Part shown: piece by piece, positions 1 through 10,647 of the stretch
How positions within the stretch are numbered: the first letter of the stretch is position 1
Layout: every line of letters starts with the position of its first letter
From: Thauera sp.
GTDB taxonomy: Bacteria > Pseudomonadota > Gammaproteobacteria > Burkholderiales > Rhodocyclaceae
Reading direction: 5' to 3'
NCBI GenBank assembly: GCA_035433105.1
Contig: DAORUJ010000002.1
Location: 4,769-68,768, forward strand
Length of the DNA stretch: 64,000 nucleotides
The notes under the pieces: generated by a model
Databases searched by the model: none
Told to the model about the DNA's origin: nothing
Seen by the model: the letters and a program-made list of their open reading frames with translations, nothing else
Program-made: the position numbers and the translations under genes

Positions 1-1
1 T

Positions 2-307
2 CCGGCGCCGACCATGCCCAAATCCGGTCACATGGCGAACCAGCACGGCAAAGTCGCGGCGGCAGCGATCCTCAACCTTTTCGAAGGCATCGCTCCGAAC
101 CCGACGCCAGTGGTGATGAATACCTGCTACAGCTTCGTGGACAGCAAGAACGCCATCCACGTCGCCTCGGTGCATCAATACGACGCCGAGAAGAAGCAGC
201 CGATGCCGGTGCAGGGTGCAGGCGGCCTGTCGCCCGCAGCCAACGAACTCGAGGCCAAGGCCGCACTGGCGTGGGCCAGGAACATCTGGGCCGACATGCT
301 GGCCTGA
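2..307 (+). CDS. fccB: Flavocytochrome c sulfide dehydrogenase flavoprotein subunit (FccB/SoxF family), C-terminal part; truncated by window start
   Basis: Motifs MPKSGHMANQHGK, NTCYSF and the C-terminal AWARNIWADML are typical of the FCSD flavoprotein C-terminus. Confidence 0.8.
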   Translation, partial: PAPTMPKSGHMANQHGKVAAAAILNLFEGIAPNPTPVVMNTCYSFVDSKNAIHVASVHQYDAEKKQPMPVQGAGGLSPAANELEAKAALAWARNIWADMLA

Positions 308-330
308 AACGCTTCGATTGCGGGCAACAG

Positions 331-355
331 AAACGGGGCCGATGGCCCCGTTTTT
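331..355. terminator. Bidirectional rho-independent terminator
   Basis: AAACGGGGCC-GAT-GGCCCCGTTTTT hairpin between convergent genes. Confidence 0.8.
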
Positions 356-384
356 CATGCAGCCGCTACCGCCACTGAACAAGC

Positions 385-1005
385 TCAGTTGAGCGTGCTG
401 ATGTAGAGCGCCACCGCCTTCACCTCGAGCTCGGTCAAGCGCGAGGCAATGGAATGCATGATTGCGTTGTCATTGGTACGCTCGCGCTGTTCGAAGGACT
501 TAAGCTGACTTTCGATGTACTTGGGTACCTGACCGGCAAGGCGCGGGAGCTGATCCGTTCCAAGACCCCGCTCGCCATGACAGGATTCGCAGGCGGCAAC
601 CCCGGAGAATTCATTGCCACGATGAAAGACGAAACGCCCCACTGCAGCCAGTTCGGCGTCGCGGGCGTCACGCGCCCTGGTCGGTTTTTGTTCGAAGAAC
701 ACGCCCAGCGCCAGCATCTCCTCCGGCGCCAGATCAGCAGCCATACTGCTCATCGTGTCGCTCTTGCGTCGGCCAGACTGGAAGTCTCCGAGCTGCTTGG
801 CAATGTACTGGTGATGCTGGCCCGCCAGACGCGGATACAGGGCCGAGGCACTCTCCCCTTGGCTACCGTGGCACAGCGAGCAACGCCCCGCGCTGATCTC
901 TTCGGCGCGGGCCAGATCGACCTTGGGCAACTCCGCCGCGCCCACCACCACGGGGGCAAGCCAGGCGAACGCGGCTATCAGTGCGGTCCTCTTCCCCATC
1001 TGCAT
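385..1005 (-). CDS. Diheme cytochrome c4 (c553 family), periplasmic
   Basis: Signal peptide, two CxxCH motifs (CSLCH, CESCH), YPRLAGQ/LPRLAGQ repeats; GGAGG RBS before ATG at 1005. Confidence 0.9.
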   Translation of the reverse strand: MQMGKRTALIAAFAWLAPVVVGAAELPKVDLARAEEISAGRCSLCHGSQGESASALYPRLAGQHHQYIAKQLGDFQSGRRKSDTMSSMAADLAPEEMLALGVFFEQKPTRARDARDAELAAVGRFVFHRGNEFSGVAACESCHGERGLGTDQLPRLAGQVPKYIESQLKSFEQRERTNDNAIMHSIASRLTELEVKAVALYISTLN

Positions 1006-1119
1006 GATTTCCTCCCTATCGACACCTGGCGCCTGTGACCACCCGCACCTGCAGAAAAGAATATCAGAACACACTGATGTATTTCATGCAGCCGCGCGCC
1101 CCGGTACACGACAAGCCCG

Positions 1120-1569
1120 TCAGTGCTTTCCCGTGCTGCCAAAACCGCCCGTGCCACGGTCGCTGAGTTCAAACTCAGCGACGATATTGAGCCCGACCTG
1201 AAGTACGGGCACCACCACCAGTTGCGCGATGCGCTCCATGGGCTGAATGGTGAAGCTGGCGCGCCCGCGGTTCCATACCGAGACGAAGATCTGCCCCTGG
1301 TAGTCGGAGTCGATCAGCCCGACCAGATTGCCCAGCACGATACCGTGCTTGTGGCCCAAGCCCGAACGCGGCAAGACCATCGCCGCCAGTCCGGGGTCGG
1401 ACAGATGAATCGCCAGCCCGCTCGGCACCAGCGTCGTCTCACCGGGGTGCAGGGTGATGGCTGCAGCGAGACAGGCGCGCAAGTCAAGGCCCGCGGCACC
1501 GTGGGTAGCGTAGGCGGGTGGGTGTGACTTGAGCCGCTCGTCCAGCAATTTGACGTCGATATGATGCAT
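1120..1569 (-). CDS. dut: dUTP diphosphatase
   Basis: [20 protein letters not shown] and [10 protein letters not shown] motifs. Confidence 0.97.
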   Translation of the reverse strand: MHHIDVKLLDERLKSHPPAYATHGAAGLDLRACLAAAITLHPGETTLVPSGLAIHLSDPGLAAMVLPRSGLGHKHGIVLGNLVGLIDSDYQGQIFVSVWNRGRASFTIQPMERIAQLVVVPVLQVGLNIVAEFELSDRGTGGFGSTGKH

Positions 1570-1649
1570 GTTCCACCTCGTTGGCTACGTGCGCCGCCCA
1601 CAGGGCCACACCCTTTCTATCACGACTGCAATCACGACTGAGGCCAGTC

Positions 1650-2846
1650 TCAGCGCCCCGCTGTCACCAGCAAGCCGGCCAGATGCTCGACGATGCTGCG
1701 CGCAACTTCAGCCTTGGGCGCCCGCGGCAACGGGTGACGCCCCGCATCGTCGTACAGCACGACCAGATTGTCGTCCGCCCCCATGCCGTCCTGCACCAGG
1801 TTGCCGACCAGCATCGGCAGACGCTTGTTGCGGCGCTTGCCTTCGGCATAGGCATCGAGATCCTGACTCTCGGCCGCAAAACCAACGCAGAACGGCGCGT
1901 CGGGCAAAGCTGCCACCTCAGCCAGAATGTCGGGATTCGGGGTCAGCGACAGGGTCAGGATGCCGTCCTTCTTTTTCAGCTTGTGCTCGGCAATCTCAAG
2001 CGGCCGATAGTCCGCCACCGCTGCAACACCAATGAACACGTCAGCCCCCGGCAGCGCGGCAAGCACCGCATCCCTCATGTCGCGCGCCCCCGCTACCGAC
2101 ACCCGACGCACCCCGACCGGGACCGGCAAGGCCACCGGACCGCTCACCAGAACCACATCGGCTCCCGCCTGAACGCAGGCGCGAGCGAGTGAATAAGCCA
2201 TCTTGCCCGAGCTGATGTTGGTAATGCCACGGACCGGGTCGATTGCTTCGAAGGTCGGCCCTGCCGTCAGCACCACCTTGCGCCCGGCAAGATGCTTGGC
2301 AACGAAGTAGCCTTCGAGACGCTCGACGAGCTCCTCCGGCTCCAGCATGCGGCCCATGCCCACCTCGCCACAGGCTTGCTCGCCGGCAGCTGGGCCAAAC
2401 AGCGTCACGCCGTCGCCCCGCGCCAGGGCAACATTGCGCTGTGTGGCCGCAGCCTCCCACATCTGCCGGTTCATGGCGGGGGCGACAATCAGCGGGACAT
2501 CGCGCGCCAGACACAGCGTGGTCAGCAAATCATCGGCCCTGCCCTGCGCAAGCCGGGCGATGAAGTCAGCCGTGGCGGGTGCAACGAGGATGGCATCGGC
2601 GTCGCGGCCGAGATCGATATGCGCCATGTTGTTAGGCATGCGTGCGTCCCAAAGGTCCGTCCATACGGTATTGCCGGACAGAGCCTGAAAGGTCACGGCG
2701 GTAACGAAGCGCGCGCCGGCTTCGGTCAGCACGACGTGAACGTCGGCGCCGGACTTGCCAAGGAGGCGTACGAGTTCTGCCGCCTTGTACGCGGCCACGC
2801 CGCCAGTCACACCCACCACGATTTTCCTGTGCTGCAGAGTAATCAT
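1650..2846 (-). CDS. coaBC: Bifunctional phosphopantothenoylcysteine decarboxylase / phosphopantothenate-cysteine ligase
   Basis: GVTGGVAAYK, HIDL, APAMN and TAGPTFEAIDPVRGITNISSGKM motifs; synteny with dut and radC. Confidence 0.97.
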   Translation of the reverse strand: MITLQHRKIVVGVTGGVAAYKAAELVRLLGKSGADVHVVLTEAGARFVTAVTFQALSGNTVWTDLWDARMPNNMAHIDLGRDADAILVAPATADFIARLAQGRADDLLTTLCLARDVPLIVAPAMNRQMWEAAATQRNVALARGDGVTLFGPAAGEQACGEVGMGRMLEPEELVERLEGYFVAKHLAGRKVVLTAGPTFEAIDPVRGITNISSGKMAYSLARACVQAGADVVLVSGPVALPVPVGVRRVSVAGARDMRDAVLAALPGADVFIGVAAVADYRPLEIAEHKLKKKDGILTLSLTPNPDILAEVAALPDAPFCVGFAAESQDLDAYAEGKRRNKRLPMLVGNLVQDGMGADDNLVVLYDDAGRHPLPRAPKAEVARSIVEHLAGLLVTAGR

Positions 2847-2939
2847 GACATTCGCTTATAATTGGGCAGCAAAGGCTGCATTCACCGACAAGTTCGAGCA
2901 GGAAAGCCATCTCCTGCCCCAGACCGCAAAGGAGCGCAC

Positions 2940-3617
2940 ATGGCAATCACAGACTGGCCCGCCGACGAGCGTCCGCGTGAAAAACTGCTCGCCCGCGGCG
3001 CCGGCGCACTGTCCGACGCCGAACTGCTCGCCCTGTTCCTGCGCGTCGGCATCCGCGGCCAAACCGCAGTCGACCTGGCGCGACACCTGATCTCTCACTT
3101 CGGCACCCTGACCCGACTGTGCTCGGCGAGTGCAGGTGACTTCTCTGCCCTGCCCGGCATGGGGCTGGCAAAGTATGCCCAACTGCAGGCCGTCATGGAA
3201 CTGGCCCGACGCGCGCTGGGGGAAACGCTGGCCGAGCGCGCGCTGTTCGAATCACCTCAACTCGTGCGCGACTGGCTGCGGCTGCGCCTCGGTCACCTTC
3301 CGCATGAAACCTTTTGCGTCATGCTCCTCGATGCCCGTCACTGCCTGATCGAGGCCGTGGACCTGTTCCGGGGTACGCTCACTCAAACCAGCGTATACCC
3401 CCGTGAAGTCGTCAAACTAGCACTGTCACACAATGCGGCTGCCGTGATTTTCGCCCACAACCACCCTTCGGGTGCAGCGGAACCGAGCACTGCCGACGAA
3501 CTGCTCACCCGCACCCTGAAGGATGCGCTTGCCCTGGTGGACGTCCGCGTGCTTGATCACTTCGTCGTCCCGGCACACGGAAAGCCTGTCTCATTTGCCG
3601 AACGTGGCTTGCTGTAA
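2940..3617 (+). CDS. radC: RadC family JAB-domain protein
   Basis: ERPREKL and HNHPSG...LDH motifs; AAGGAG RBS before ATG 2940; coaBC-radC-rpmB synteny. Confidence 0.95.
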   Translation: MAITDWPADERPREKLLARGAGALSDAELLALFLRVGIRGQTAVDLARHLISHFGTLTRLCSASAGDFSALPGMGLAKYAQLQAVMELARRALGETLAERALFESPQLVRDWLRLRLGHLPHETFCVMLLDARHCLIEAVDLFRGTLTQTSVYPREVVKLALSHNAAAVIFAHNHPSGAAEPSTADELLTRTLKDALALVDVRVLDHFVVPAHGKPVSFAERGLL

Positions 3618-3739
3618 CACCAAAAACAGGGTTTAATCCGGGCCCGAAGAACCTATATCAGCACGCGACACTTGCCTTCCTTTGCGGGGATGCATTATCC
3701 TCGTGTGTTTTCCGCAATCAGAATTCCCTGGAGCATCGT

Positions 3740-3976
3740 ATGGCTCGCGTCTGCCAAGTGACCGGTAAAGCACCGATGGTGGGAAATAACGTTTCCCACG
3801 CCAACAACAAGACCAAGCGCCGTTTCCTGCCGAACCTGCAAAACCGCCGGTTCTGGAGCGAAAGCGAAAACCGCTGGATTCGCCTGCGCGTTTCCAATGC
3901 GGGCCTGCGCACCATCGACAAGAAGGGCATCGACGTCGTCGTTGCCGAGCTTCGCGCCCGTGGCGAGAAGCTGTAA
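3740..3976 (+). CDS. rpmB: 50S ribosomal protein L28
   Basis: [10 protein letters not shown]...[18 protein letters not shown]. Confidence 0.98.
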   Translation: MARVCQVTGKAPMVGNNVSHANNKTKRRFLPNLQNRRFWSESENRWIRLRVSNAGLRTIDKKGIDVVVAELRARGEKL

Positions 3977-4001
3977 GCAAGCACACTGAACGGAGAACGC
4001 C

Positions 4002-4169
4002 ATGGCGAAGGGTATCCGCGAGAAGATCAAGCTGGAATCAACTGCCGGCACAGGTCATTTCTACACCACCTCGAAGAACAAGCGCACCAAGCCGGCAAAG
4101 CTTGAACTGAACAAGTATGACCCCGTTGTTCGAAAGCATGTGCCGTACAAGGAAGTGAAGCTGAAGTAA
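4002..4169 (+). CDS. rpmG: 50S ribosomal protein L33 (55 aa; below the ORF-track cutoff)
   Basis: Manual translation [55 protein letters not shown]; GGAG RBS. Confidence 0.97.
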   Translation: MAKGIREKIKLESTAGTGHFYTTSKNKRTKPAKLELNKYDPVVRKHVPYKEVKLK

Positions 4170-4218
4170 GCTCATCTGGGCTGGCTTCGGCACGGCTCGG
4201 CGAGAATACTGGCTCCAG

Positions 4219-4262
4219 AAAGCGGAAGGGCCATCGATTTTTCGATGGCCCTTCCGCTTTTT
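4219..4262. terminator. Bidirectional rho-independent terminator
   Basis: AAAGCGGAAGGGCCATCGA-TTT-TTCGATGGCCCTTCCGCTTTTT between convergent rpmG and csp. Confidence 0.85.
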
Positions 4263-4308
4263 CGTCCGGCATGCGCAACGCCGGACGTTACACCAAACGC
4301 TTCCGGGA

Positions 4309-4512
4309 TCAGGCGCGCTGGATGTTGGACGCCTGCTTGCCCTTGGGACCTTGTGTGACATCGAAGGAAACTTTGTCACCCTCTTTCAGACTCTTGAAAC
4401 CGCTCATCGAGATAGCGGAGAAATGCGCGAACAGATCTTCGCTGCCATCATCAGGCGTAATGAAACCAAAACCTTTGGAATCGTTGAACCACTTCACGGT
4501 ACCCGTTGCCAT
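4309..4512 (-). CDS. Cold-shock protein (CspA/CspD family)
   Basis: [22 protein letters not shown] (RNP1/RNP2); divergent from clpS, the usual cspD position. Confidence 0.95.
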   Translation of the reverse strand: MATGTVKWFNDSKGFGFITPDDGSEDLFAHFSAISMSGFKSLKEGDKVSFDVTQGPKGKQASNIQRA

Positions 4513-4905
4513 ATTGCTTCGTTCCTTCAAGGTTGCTTGATACGGCCGGAAGCCCAGCCAGTAAATCGGCGCCACCCCTAGCCCTGACGAAGCATCGAAT
4601 GCTTCGGATGACAGGCTCAAGCCAGCGCACGGTCTAGTTTTTACGCAGTTGGCCATGGGGCGTCAACGGTCTGATCGTGGCTTTTATTCGCGGCATTGCA
4701 GCAAGAAAACCCCACCTCAACCCTGCTAGAGAGGTCGAATTCTCATCATCGCCGAGGACTTGCAGTTTTGCCGCAGCGCACGATCAGAGTTGCATTTTCA
4801 CCAATCGACCACGGCGACACCCACGACGGGTTTACAGCTCGCATGCAGCGGAGTGTGAAATTCTCCTGTGTTGCACTCGGCAGCGACTCCATTAGAATGA
4901 TTTTC

Positions 4906-5214
4906 ATGGGTACCCGAAAACAAGACGAATTTGTCCTCGAGGCGAAAAAGGCGCGTACACGCCAGCCGCCCTTATACAAGGTGCTTCTGCTCAATGATGA
5001 CTACACGCCCATGGATTTTGTGATCATGGTTCTGCAGAAATATTTCAGCATGGATCGCGAACGTGCCACGCGAGTCATGCTCCAAGTCCACAGTGAGGGC
5101 ATGGGGGTGTGCGGCGTCTTTCCCCGAGACATCGCAACGACCAAGGTTGAGCAGGTCGCCTCGTTTGCTCGTCAGCATCAACATCCGCTGGCATGCGTGA
5201 TGGAGGAGAATTGA
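4906..5214 (+). CDS. clpS: ATP-dependent Clp protease adaptor ClpS
   Basis: [19 protein letters not shown] and QHPL motifs; directly upstream of clpA. Confidence 0.96.
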   Translation: MGTRKQDEFVLEAKKARTRQPPLYKVLLLNDDYTPMDFVIMVLQKYFSMDRERATRVMLQVHSEGMGVCGVFPRDIATTKVEQVASFARQHQHPLACVMEEN

Positions 5215-7491
5215 ATGATCGCGCAAGAGCTTGAAGTCAGCCTGCACATGGCTTTCGTGGAGGCACGCCAAAAGCGTCACGAGTTCATCACCGTCGAGCA
5301 CCTGTTGCTTGCCTTGCTGGACAACCCGTCAGCCGCAGAGGTACTGCGTGCCTGCGCCGCCAACATCGATGAGTTACGGCGGGAACTCACCAATTTCATC
5401 AACGAACACACGCCACGGATCGAAGGCAGTGATGATATCGACACGCAGCCGACGCTCGGCTTCCAGCGTGTCATCCAACGCGCCATCCTGCACGTGCAGT
5501 CCTCGGGCAAGAAGGAAGTCACCGGCGCCAACGTGCTGGTTGCGATCTTCGGAGAGAAGGATTCCCACGCGGTGTATTACCTGCAGCGGCAGAACATTTC
5601 ACGCCTGGACGTCGTTAATTTCATCTCCCACGGCATTGCCAAGACGCCACCACAGGGCGCAGGCACGCCGGGACGCAGCGACGCCGAACAAGGCGGCGAG
5701 CACGAGCAGGAAGAAAAGCAGGCCGGCGGCGCACTCGAGAGCTACACCCAGAACCTCAACCAGCAGGCGCTGGTGGGCAAGATCGATCCGCTTATCGGGC
5801 GTGAGAAGGAAGTCGAGCGCGTCATTCAGACCCTGTGCCGCCGACGCAAGAATAATCCGCTTCTGGTCGGAGAGGCTGGCGTCGGCAAGACGGCGATTGC
5901 AGAGGGTCTGGCACATCGCATCATTGAAGGCCGCGTGCCCGATATTCTTGAAAATGCTCAAGTTTACGCGCTCGACATGGGCGCCCTGCTCGCGGGCACG
6001 AAGTACCGGGGAGACTTCGAGGCGCGACTGAAGGCCGTGCTCAAGCAGCTCACCGAAAATCCCAATGCAGTCCTGTTCATCGACGAGATCCACACCCTGA
6101 TCGGAGCGGGCGCGGCGTCCGGCGGCACGCTGGATGCTTCCAACCTGCTCAAGCCGGCGCTGTCCTCGGGTCAGCTGAAGTGCATTGGTGCAACCACCTA
6201 CAACGAGTTTCGCCAGATCTTCGAGAAGGATCACGCCCTGTCGCGGCGCTTCCAGAAGATCGACGTAGTCGAACCCTCGGTGGCCGAGACCGTGGAAATC
6301 CTGAAGGGCCTCAAGAGCCGCTTCGAAGAGCACCACGGCATCAAATACTCCAGCTCGGCTCTGTCGAGTGCTGCCGAGTTGTCGGCCAAGTACATCAACG
6401 ACCGTCACCTCCCGGACAAAGCGATCGACGTCATTGACGAAGCAGGCGCGGCACAGCGCATCCTGCCCAAGTCAAAACAGAAGAAGACCATCGGCAAGAA
6501 CGAGATCGAGGAAATCGTCGCCAAGATTGCCCGCATCCCGCCGCGTACCGTGTCCAACGACGACAAGACGGCGCTGAAGACGCTCGAACGCGATCTGAAG
6601 AACGTCGTGTTCGGTCAGAGCGCCGCGATCGAAGCGCTGGCCAAGGCAATCAAGATGTCGCGCTCGGGACTGGGCAACCCGCAGAAACCGATCGGTTCCT
6701 TCCTGTTTTCGGGTCCGACGGGCGTCGGCAAGACCGAAGTGGCCCGCCAGCTTGCCTATACCCTGGGCATTGAGCTGGTGCGTTTCGACATGTCGGAATA
6801 CATGGAGCGTCACGCGGTCAGCCGTCTGATCGGCGCGCCGCCGGGGTACGTCGGCTTTGACCAGGGTGGCCTGCTGACCGAGCAGATCACCAAAAAACCA
6901 CACTGCGTGCTGCTGCTCGACGAAATCGAAAAGGCGCACCCGGACATCTACAACATCCTGCTGCAGGTCATGGACCACGGCACGCTGACCGACAACAACG
7001 GTCGGCAGGCCGACTTCCGCAACGTGATCATGATCATGACCACCAACGCGGGCGCCGAGGCCATGCAGAAGTCGGTCATCGGCTTTTCGGCAAAGCGCGA
7101 GGCAGGTGACGAGATGGCTGACATCAAGCGCTTGTTCACGCCTGAGTTCCGTAACCGCCTCGATGCCATGATCTCGTTCAAGGCGCTCGACCAGGACGTG
7201 ATCCTGCGCGTGGTGGACAAGTTCATGATGCAGCTCGAAGCCCAGTTGCACGAGAAGAAGGTGGATGCGCACTTCACCGACGAACTCAAGGCCTGGCTGG
7301 CCGAGAAAGGTTTCGACCCGCTGATGGGTGCGCGCCCGATGGCACGCCTTATCCAGGACACGATCCGCTCGGCCCTCGCCGACGAGTTGCTCTTTGGTCG
7401 ACTGGTGAACGGCGGCAAGGTCACGATCGATCTCGACGAGAACGACAAGGTCAAGCTGGTGTTCGAGGAGGCGGAAACGGCAACCGTCTGA
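5215..7491 (+). CDS. clpA: ATP-dependent Clp protease ATP-binding subunit ClpA
   Basis: Two AAA+ modules ([16 protein letters not shown]), N-terminal [16 protein letters not shown] loop. Confidence 0.98.
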   Translation: MIAQELEVSLHMAFVEARQKRHEFITVEHLLLALLDNPSAAEVLRACAANIDELRRELTNFINEHTPRIEGSDDIDTQPTLGFQRVIQRAILHVQSSGKKEVTGANVLVAIFGEKDSHAVYYLQRQNISRLDVVNFISHGIAKTPPQGAGTPGRSDAEQGGEHEQEEKQAGGALESYTQNLNQQALVGKIDPLIGREKEVERVIQTLCRRRKNNPLLVGEAGVGKTAIAEGLAHRIIEGRVPDILENAQVYALDMGALLAGTKYRGDFEARLKAVLKQLTENPNAVLFIDEIHTLIGAGAASGGTLDASNLLKPALSSGQLKCIGATTYNEFRQIFEKDHALSRRFQKIDVVEPSVAETVEILKGLKSRFEEHHGIKYSSSALSSAAELSAKYINDRHLPDKAIDVIDEAGAAQRILPKSKQKKTIGKNEIEEIVAKIARIPPRTVSNDDKTALKTLERDLKNVVFGQSAAIEALAKAIKMSRSGLGNPQKPIGSFLFSGPTGVGKTEVARQLAYTLGIELVRFDMSEYMERHAVSRLIGAPPGYVGFDQGGLLTEQITKKPHCVLLLDEIEKAHPDIYNILLQVMDHGTLTDNNGRQADFRNVIMIMTTNAGAEAMQKSVIGFSAKREAGDEMADIKRLFTPEFRNRLDAMISFKALDQDVILRVVDKFMMQLEAQLHEKKVDAHFTDELKAWLAEKGFDPLMGARPMARLIQDTIRSALADELLFGRLVNGGKVTIDLDENDKVKLVFEEAETATV

Positions 7492-7518
7492 CCCCTGCCT
7501 CCCGGAGTTACAGGAAAG

Positions 7519-7550
7519 CGGCGTGCCCCAACGGGGCACGCCCTTTTTTT
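7519..7550 (+). terminator. Rho-independent terminator after clpA
   Basis: GGCGTGCCCC-AAC-GGGGCACGCC followed by a T-run. Confidence 0.85.
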
Positions 7551-7651
7551 GAGCAAATGCCCACGCCCGCGGCAGGACGCTGAACTATCATGCGCGCTGC
7601 CCGCCGGGCACCCTGTTTCATCCATTCCCCTTCAATCGACGAGGAGCGATC

Positions 7652-8128
7652 ATGAACATTCACACCGCCGACCTGTGCGACACCCACGACGAGCTGATCG
7701 TCGTCAGCCCCATGTTCAGAAGCTACGGTGGTCGCAGCGCCTTTGGTGGCCGCATCACCACCCTGAAGATCCACGAGGACAACTCCTTCGTGCGCAAGGC
7801 CTTCGAGTCGGCCGGTGACGGCCGGGTACTCGTCATCGACGGCGGCGCCTCGATGCGCTGCGCGCTGGTCGGCGACCAGCTCGCCGAACTTGCAGTCAAG
7901 AATGATTGGGCTGGGGTCCTCGTCTACGGCTGCATTCGAGACTCAAAAGCGATCGGCGAGATGGACCTCGGCGTGTTCGCGCTTGGCACCCACCCGTGCA
8001 AGACGGTCAAGCGCAACGTCGGTGAAGTCGACGTACCCGTCACCTTCGGCGGGGTGACCTTCACGCCCGGCCAATACGTGTACGCCGACGAGGACGGGGT
8101 CGTCGTGTCCGCGAGCGTCCTGCTCTGA
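7652..8128 (+). CDS. rraA: RraA family protein (RNase E regulator / HMG aldolase-oxaloacetate decarboxylase-like)
   Basis: [27 protein letters not shown] and ADEDGVV motifs. Confidence 0.92.
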   Translation: MNIHTADLCDTHDELIVVSPMFRSYGGRSAFGGRITTLKIHEDNSFVRKAFESAGDGRVLVIDGGASMRCALVGDQLAELAVKNDWAGVLVYGCIRDSKAIGEMDLGVFALGTHPCKTVKRNVGEVDVPVTFGGVTFTPGQYVYADEDGVVVSASVLL

Positions 8129-8279
8129 AGCGCGCACCACTTGCCGAGCCGGCAGGCGCCTCCCGTGCACTGCAGTGCACCACCCGGGCAAGACGGTTTC
8201 GTTTCACAAAGCTCGCTTTCGTTTCACAGTCTGAAAATCGAGACATAAGCTGCTGTTTCAAATAGCCAAGATTTTTTCT

Positions 8280-8299
8280 TATGTCTTATATAAGACATA
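8280..8299. promoter_or_regulatory. Perfect 20-bp palindrome upstream of aceA; probable GntR-family (SdhR-like) operator
   Basis: TATGTCTTATATAAGACATA is self-complementary; regulator identity is recalled, not verified. Confidence 0.65.
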
Positions 8300-8465
8300 T
8301 TGCTGCTACGCGGAATGCCTCTTATACTGCATCCCATCGGCGGCACACTTCTCCCCGGACAACGTCGCGACAGGAACACCGCGGCCAAGGTCTCGGGCAG
8401 CCTTTCTGGCTGCCCTTCCGGCAACCGCAATAACTTGAACCTTTCTCCTCTCACAAGGAAGCATC

Positions 8466-9779
8466 ATGACCATGACCCGCGAACAGCAAATTGCAGCCCT
8501 CGAAAAAGACTGGGCCGAAAACCCGCGCTGGAAAAGCGTCAAGCGCGGCTATTCCGCAGCTGACGTCGTTCGTCTGCGTGGCAGCCTCCAGCCCGAGCAC
8601 ACCTTCGCCCAACGTGGCGCCAAGCTGCTGTGGGAGCGCGTCAATGGTGGCGCCAAGAAGGGCTATGTGAACGCCTTTGGCGCGATCACTGCTGGCCAGG
8701 CAATGCAGCAGGCCAAAGCTGGCCTGGAAGCCGTGTATCTGTCCGGCTGGCAGGTCGCCGCCGACGGCAATACCTCCGAGACCATGTACCCCGACCAGTC
8801 GCTGTACGCTTACGACTCGGTGCCGACCATGGTCCGCCGCATCAACAACACCTTCAAGCGTGCTGACGAGATCCAATGGTCGCGCGACATCAACCCGGGC
8901 GACAAGGACTACATCGACTACTTCCTGCCGATCGTCGCCGACGCTGAAGCCGGTTTCGGCGGCGTGCTGAACGCCTTCGAACTGATGAAGAACATGATCA
9001 CCGCCGGTGCTGCCGGTGTGCACTTCGAAGATCAGCTGGCTGCCGTCAAGAAGTGCGGCCACATGGGTGGCAAGGTGCTGGTGCCGACCCAGGAAGCGAT
9101 CGAGAAGCTGCTCTCGGCCCGCTTCGCCGCCGACGTCATGGGTGTCCCCACCCTGATCCTGGCGCGTACCGACGCTGAAGCCGCGAACCTGATCACCTCC
9201 GATCACGACGCCAACGACAAGCCCTTCCTCACCGGTGAGCGCACCCAGGAAGGTTTCTACCGCGTCAAGAACGGTCTGGAGCAGGCCATCAGCCGCGGCG
9301 TCGCCTACGCCCCCTACGCCGACCTGGTGTGGTGCGAAACGGGCACGCCGGACCTGGGCTTCGCCCGCGAATTTGCCCAGGCCGTGCATGCCGCCTGCCC
9401 GGGCAAACTGCTGTCCTATAACTGCTCGCCGTCCTTCAACTGGAAGAAGAACCTCGACGATGCCACCATCGCCAAGTTCCAGGACGAACTGTCTGCGCTG
9501 GGCTACAAATACCAGTTCATCACCCTGGCCGGCATCCACATCAACTGGTTCAACACCTTCAAGTTCGCCCACGCCTACGCCCGCGGCGAAGGCATGAAGC
9601 ACTACGTTCAGATGGTCCAGGAGCCGGAATTCGCCGCACGCGAGGAGGGCTATACCTTCGTGTCGCACCAGCAGGAAGTGGGCGCCGGCTACTTCGACGA
9701 CGTCACCACCGTGATCCAGGGCGGCACCTCCTCCGTGAAGGCCCTTACCGGCTCGACCGAAGAAGAGCAGTTCCACTAA
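8466..9779 (+). CDS. aceA: Isocitrate lyase
   Basis: KKCGHMGGK catalytic motif, [16 protein letters not shown]-terminal STEEEQFH. Confidence 0.98.
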   Translation: MTMTREQQIAALEKDWAENPRWKSVKRGYSAADVVRLRGSLQPEHTFAQRGAKLLWERVNGGAKKGYVNAFGAITAGQAMQQAKAGLEAVYLSGWQVAADGNTSETMYPDQSLYAYDSVPTMVRRINNTFKRADEIQWSRDINPGDKDYIDYFLPIVADAEAGFGGVLNAFELMKNMITAGAAGVHFEDQLAAVKKCGHMGGKVLVPTQEAIEKLLSARFAADVMGVPTLILARTDAEAANLITSDHDANDKPFLTGERTQEGFYRVKNGLEQAISRGVAYAPYADLVWCETGTPDLGFAREFAQAVHAACPGKLLSYNCSPSFNWKKNLDDATIAKFQDELSALGYKYQFITLAGIHINWFNTFKFAHAYARGEGMKHYVQMVQEPEFAAREEGYTFVSHQQEVGAGYFDDVTTVIQGGTSSVKALTGSTEEEQFH

Positions 9780-9814
9780 GAAGAACTGCTACCCCGAAAG
9801 AGGGGAGAGAAACC

Positions 9815-9842
9815 AAAGGCCATCCGCGAGGATGGCCTTTTT
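9815..9842. terminator. Rho-independent terminator after aceA
   Basis: AAAGGCCATCC-GCGA-GGATGGCCTTTTT. Confidence 0.85.
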
Positions 9843-9911
9843 GCTGTCAGCTGCCGCAGGTTAGCAACCGGGGCACCATGCCCCCCTTCGCTTAGTCAAA
9901 GTACGAGGCAA

Positions 9912-10451
9912 TCAACCACGGCCCGGCCCCATGCCGCCACCGTCACGCATGCCGGGCCCATCCTTGCCGCCCTTGCGCCCCATCTTCTGGAACTCAGCAT
10001 CGAACACTGTCTTCTGCGGATCGCTCAGCGTGGCGTAGAAGACCTCGACCGTCTTGCGCGCTTCGGCCATCTCAGCCTGGCGCAGTTTGCCCATGTCCTC
10101 CATGCGCTGCATGCGTTCGATCGCCGTCGTTGGCTGCGTCGCCGCGCGTCGCTCGGCCATGGCTGTCGCCATGCGCCCGGCACGCGCCTTCATATCGGCC
10201 TTGAAGGTTTCGAAAGCCGGCTTCTGATCGGGCTGGAGCACAAGCGCCAGTTCGAGGCGAGCCATATGCACCTCGGCGCGCTGCGTCATTTTCGCCTTCA
10301 TCTGCTCGGGCGCCATCTGCGACCAACCACCCTTGTTACCAACCGGGCCGGCGCCATCGCAATGCCCACCCCAGGCCAGCGCAGCAGAGGTTCCAAGGGC
10401 ACCGGTGGTAATGAGTGCCGCGGCAATCGAAGTCTTGATCCAGGTTTTCAT
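9912..10451 (-). CDS. Spy/CpxP (LTXXQ) family periplasmic chaperone-like protein
   Basis: Signal peptide, Met-rich helices, LQPDQ and YATLSDPQK LTxxQ-like motifs; divergent from a two-component system. Confidence 0.8.
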   Translation of the reverse strand: MKTWIKTSIAAALITTGALGTSAALAWGGHCDGAGPVGNKGGWSQMAPEQMKAKMTQRAEVHMARLELALVLQPDQKPAFETFKADMKARAGRMATAMAERRAATQPTTAIERMQRMEDMGKLRQAEMAEARKTVEVFYATLSDPQKTVFDAEFQKMGRKGGKDGPGMRDGGGMGPGRG

Positions 10452-10647
10452 GATGATGCTCCTATCGGGTTAGTGTCCGTTGCGCCCAAGTGTTCGAGCG
10501 ACGAACCCATTAGAGCAGCCCGATGTAAGCGCCATTTGTCAGGATCGGACGGTTTTGCAGCCTTCTGTCTCCGGGGCCCTGTTTGATACGCTGGGATACA
10601 AAGTCAGGCGAAGGCCGGCTTAAGATTCGCCCCATGGAGAATTCTCG

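Noticed and set aside
1619-1640. ATCACGACTG direct repeat (two copies) between coaBC and dut
   Set aside because: Only two short copies with no spacer array or other context; probably a local duplication
2940-3617. radC as a marker of a mobile element
   Set aside because: It is the full-length housekeeping copy in the conserved coaBC-radC-rpmB-rpmG locus
8451-9776. 441-aa antisense ORF over aceA (similar cases over proS, clpA, mnmA and glnE)
   Set aside because: Mirror-frame ORFs expected from strong codon bias; no motifs or RBS
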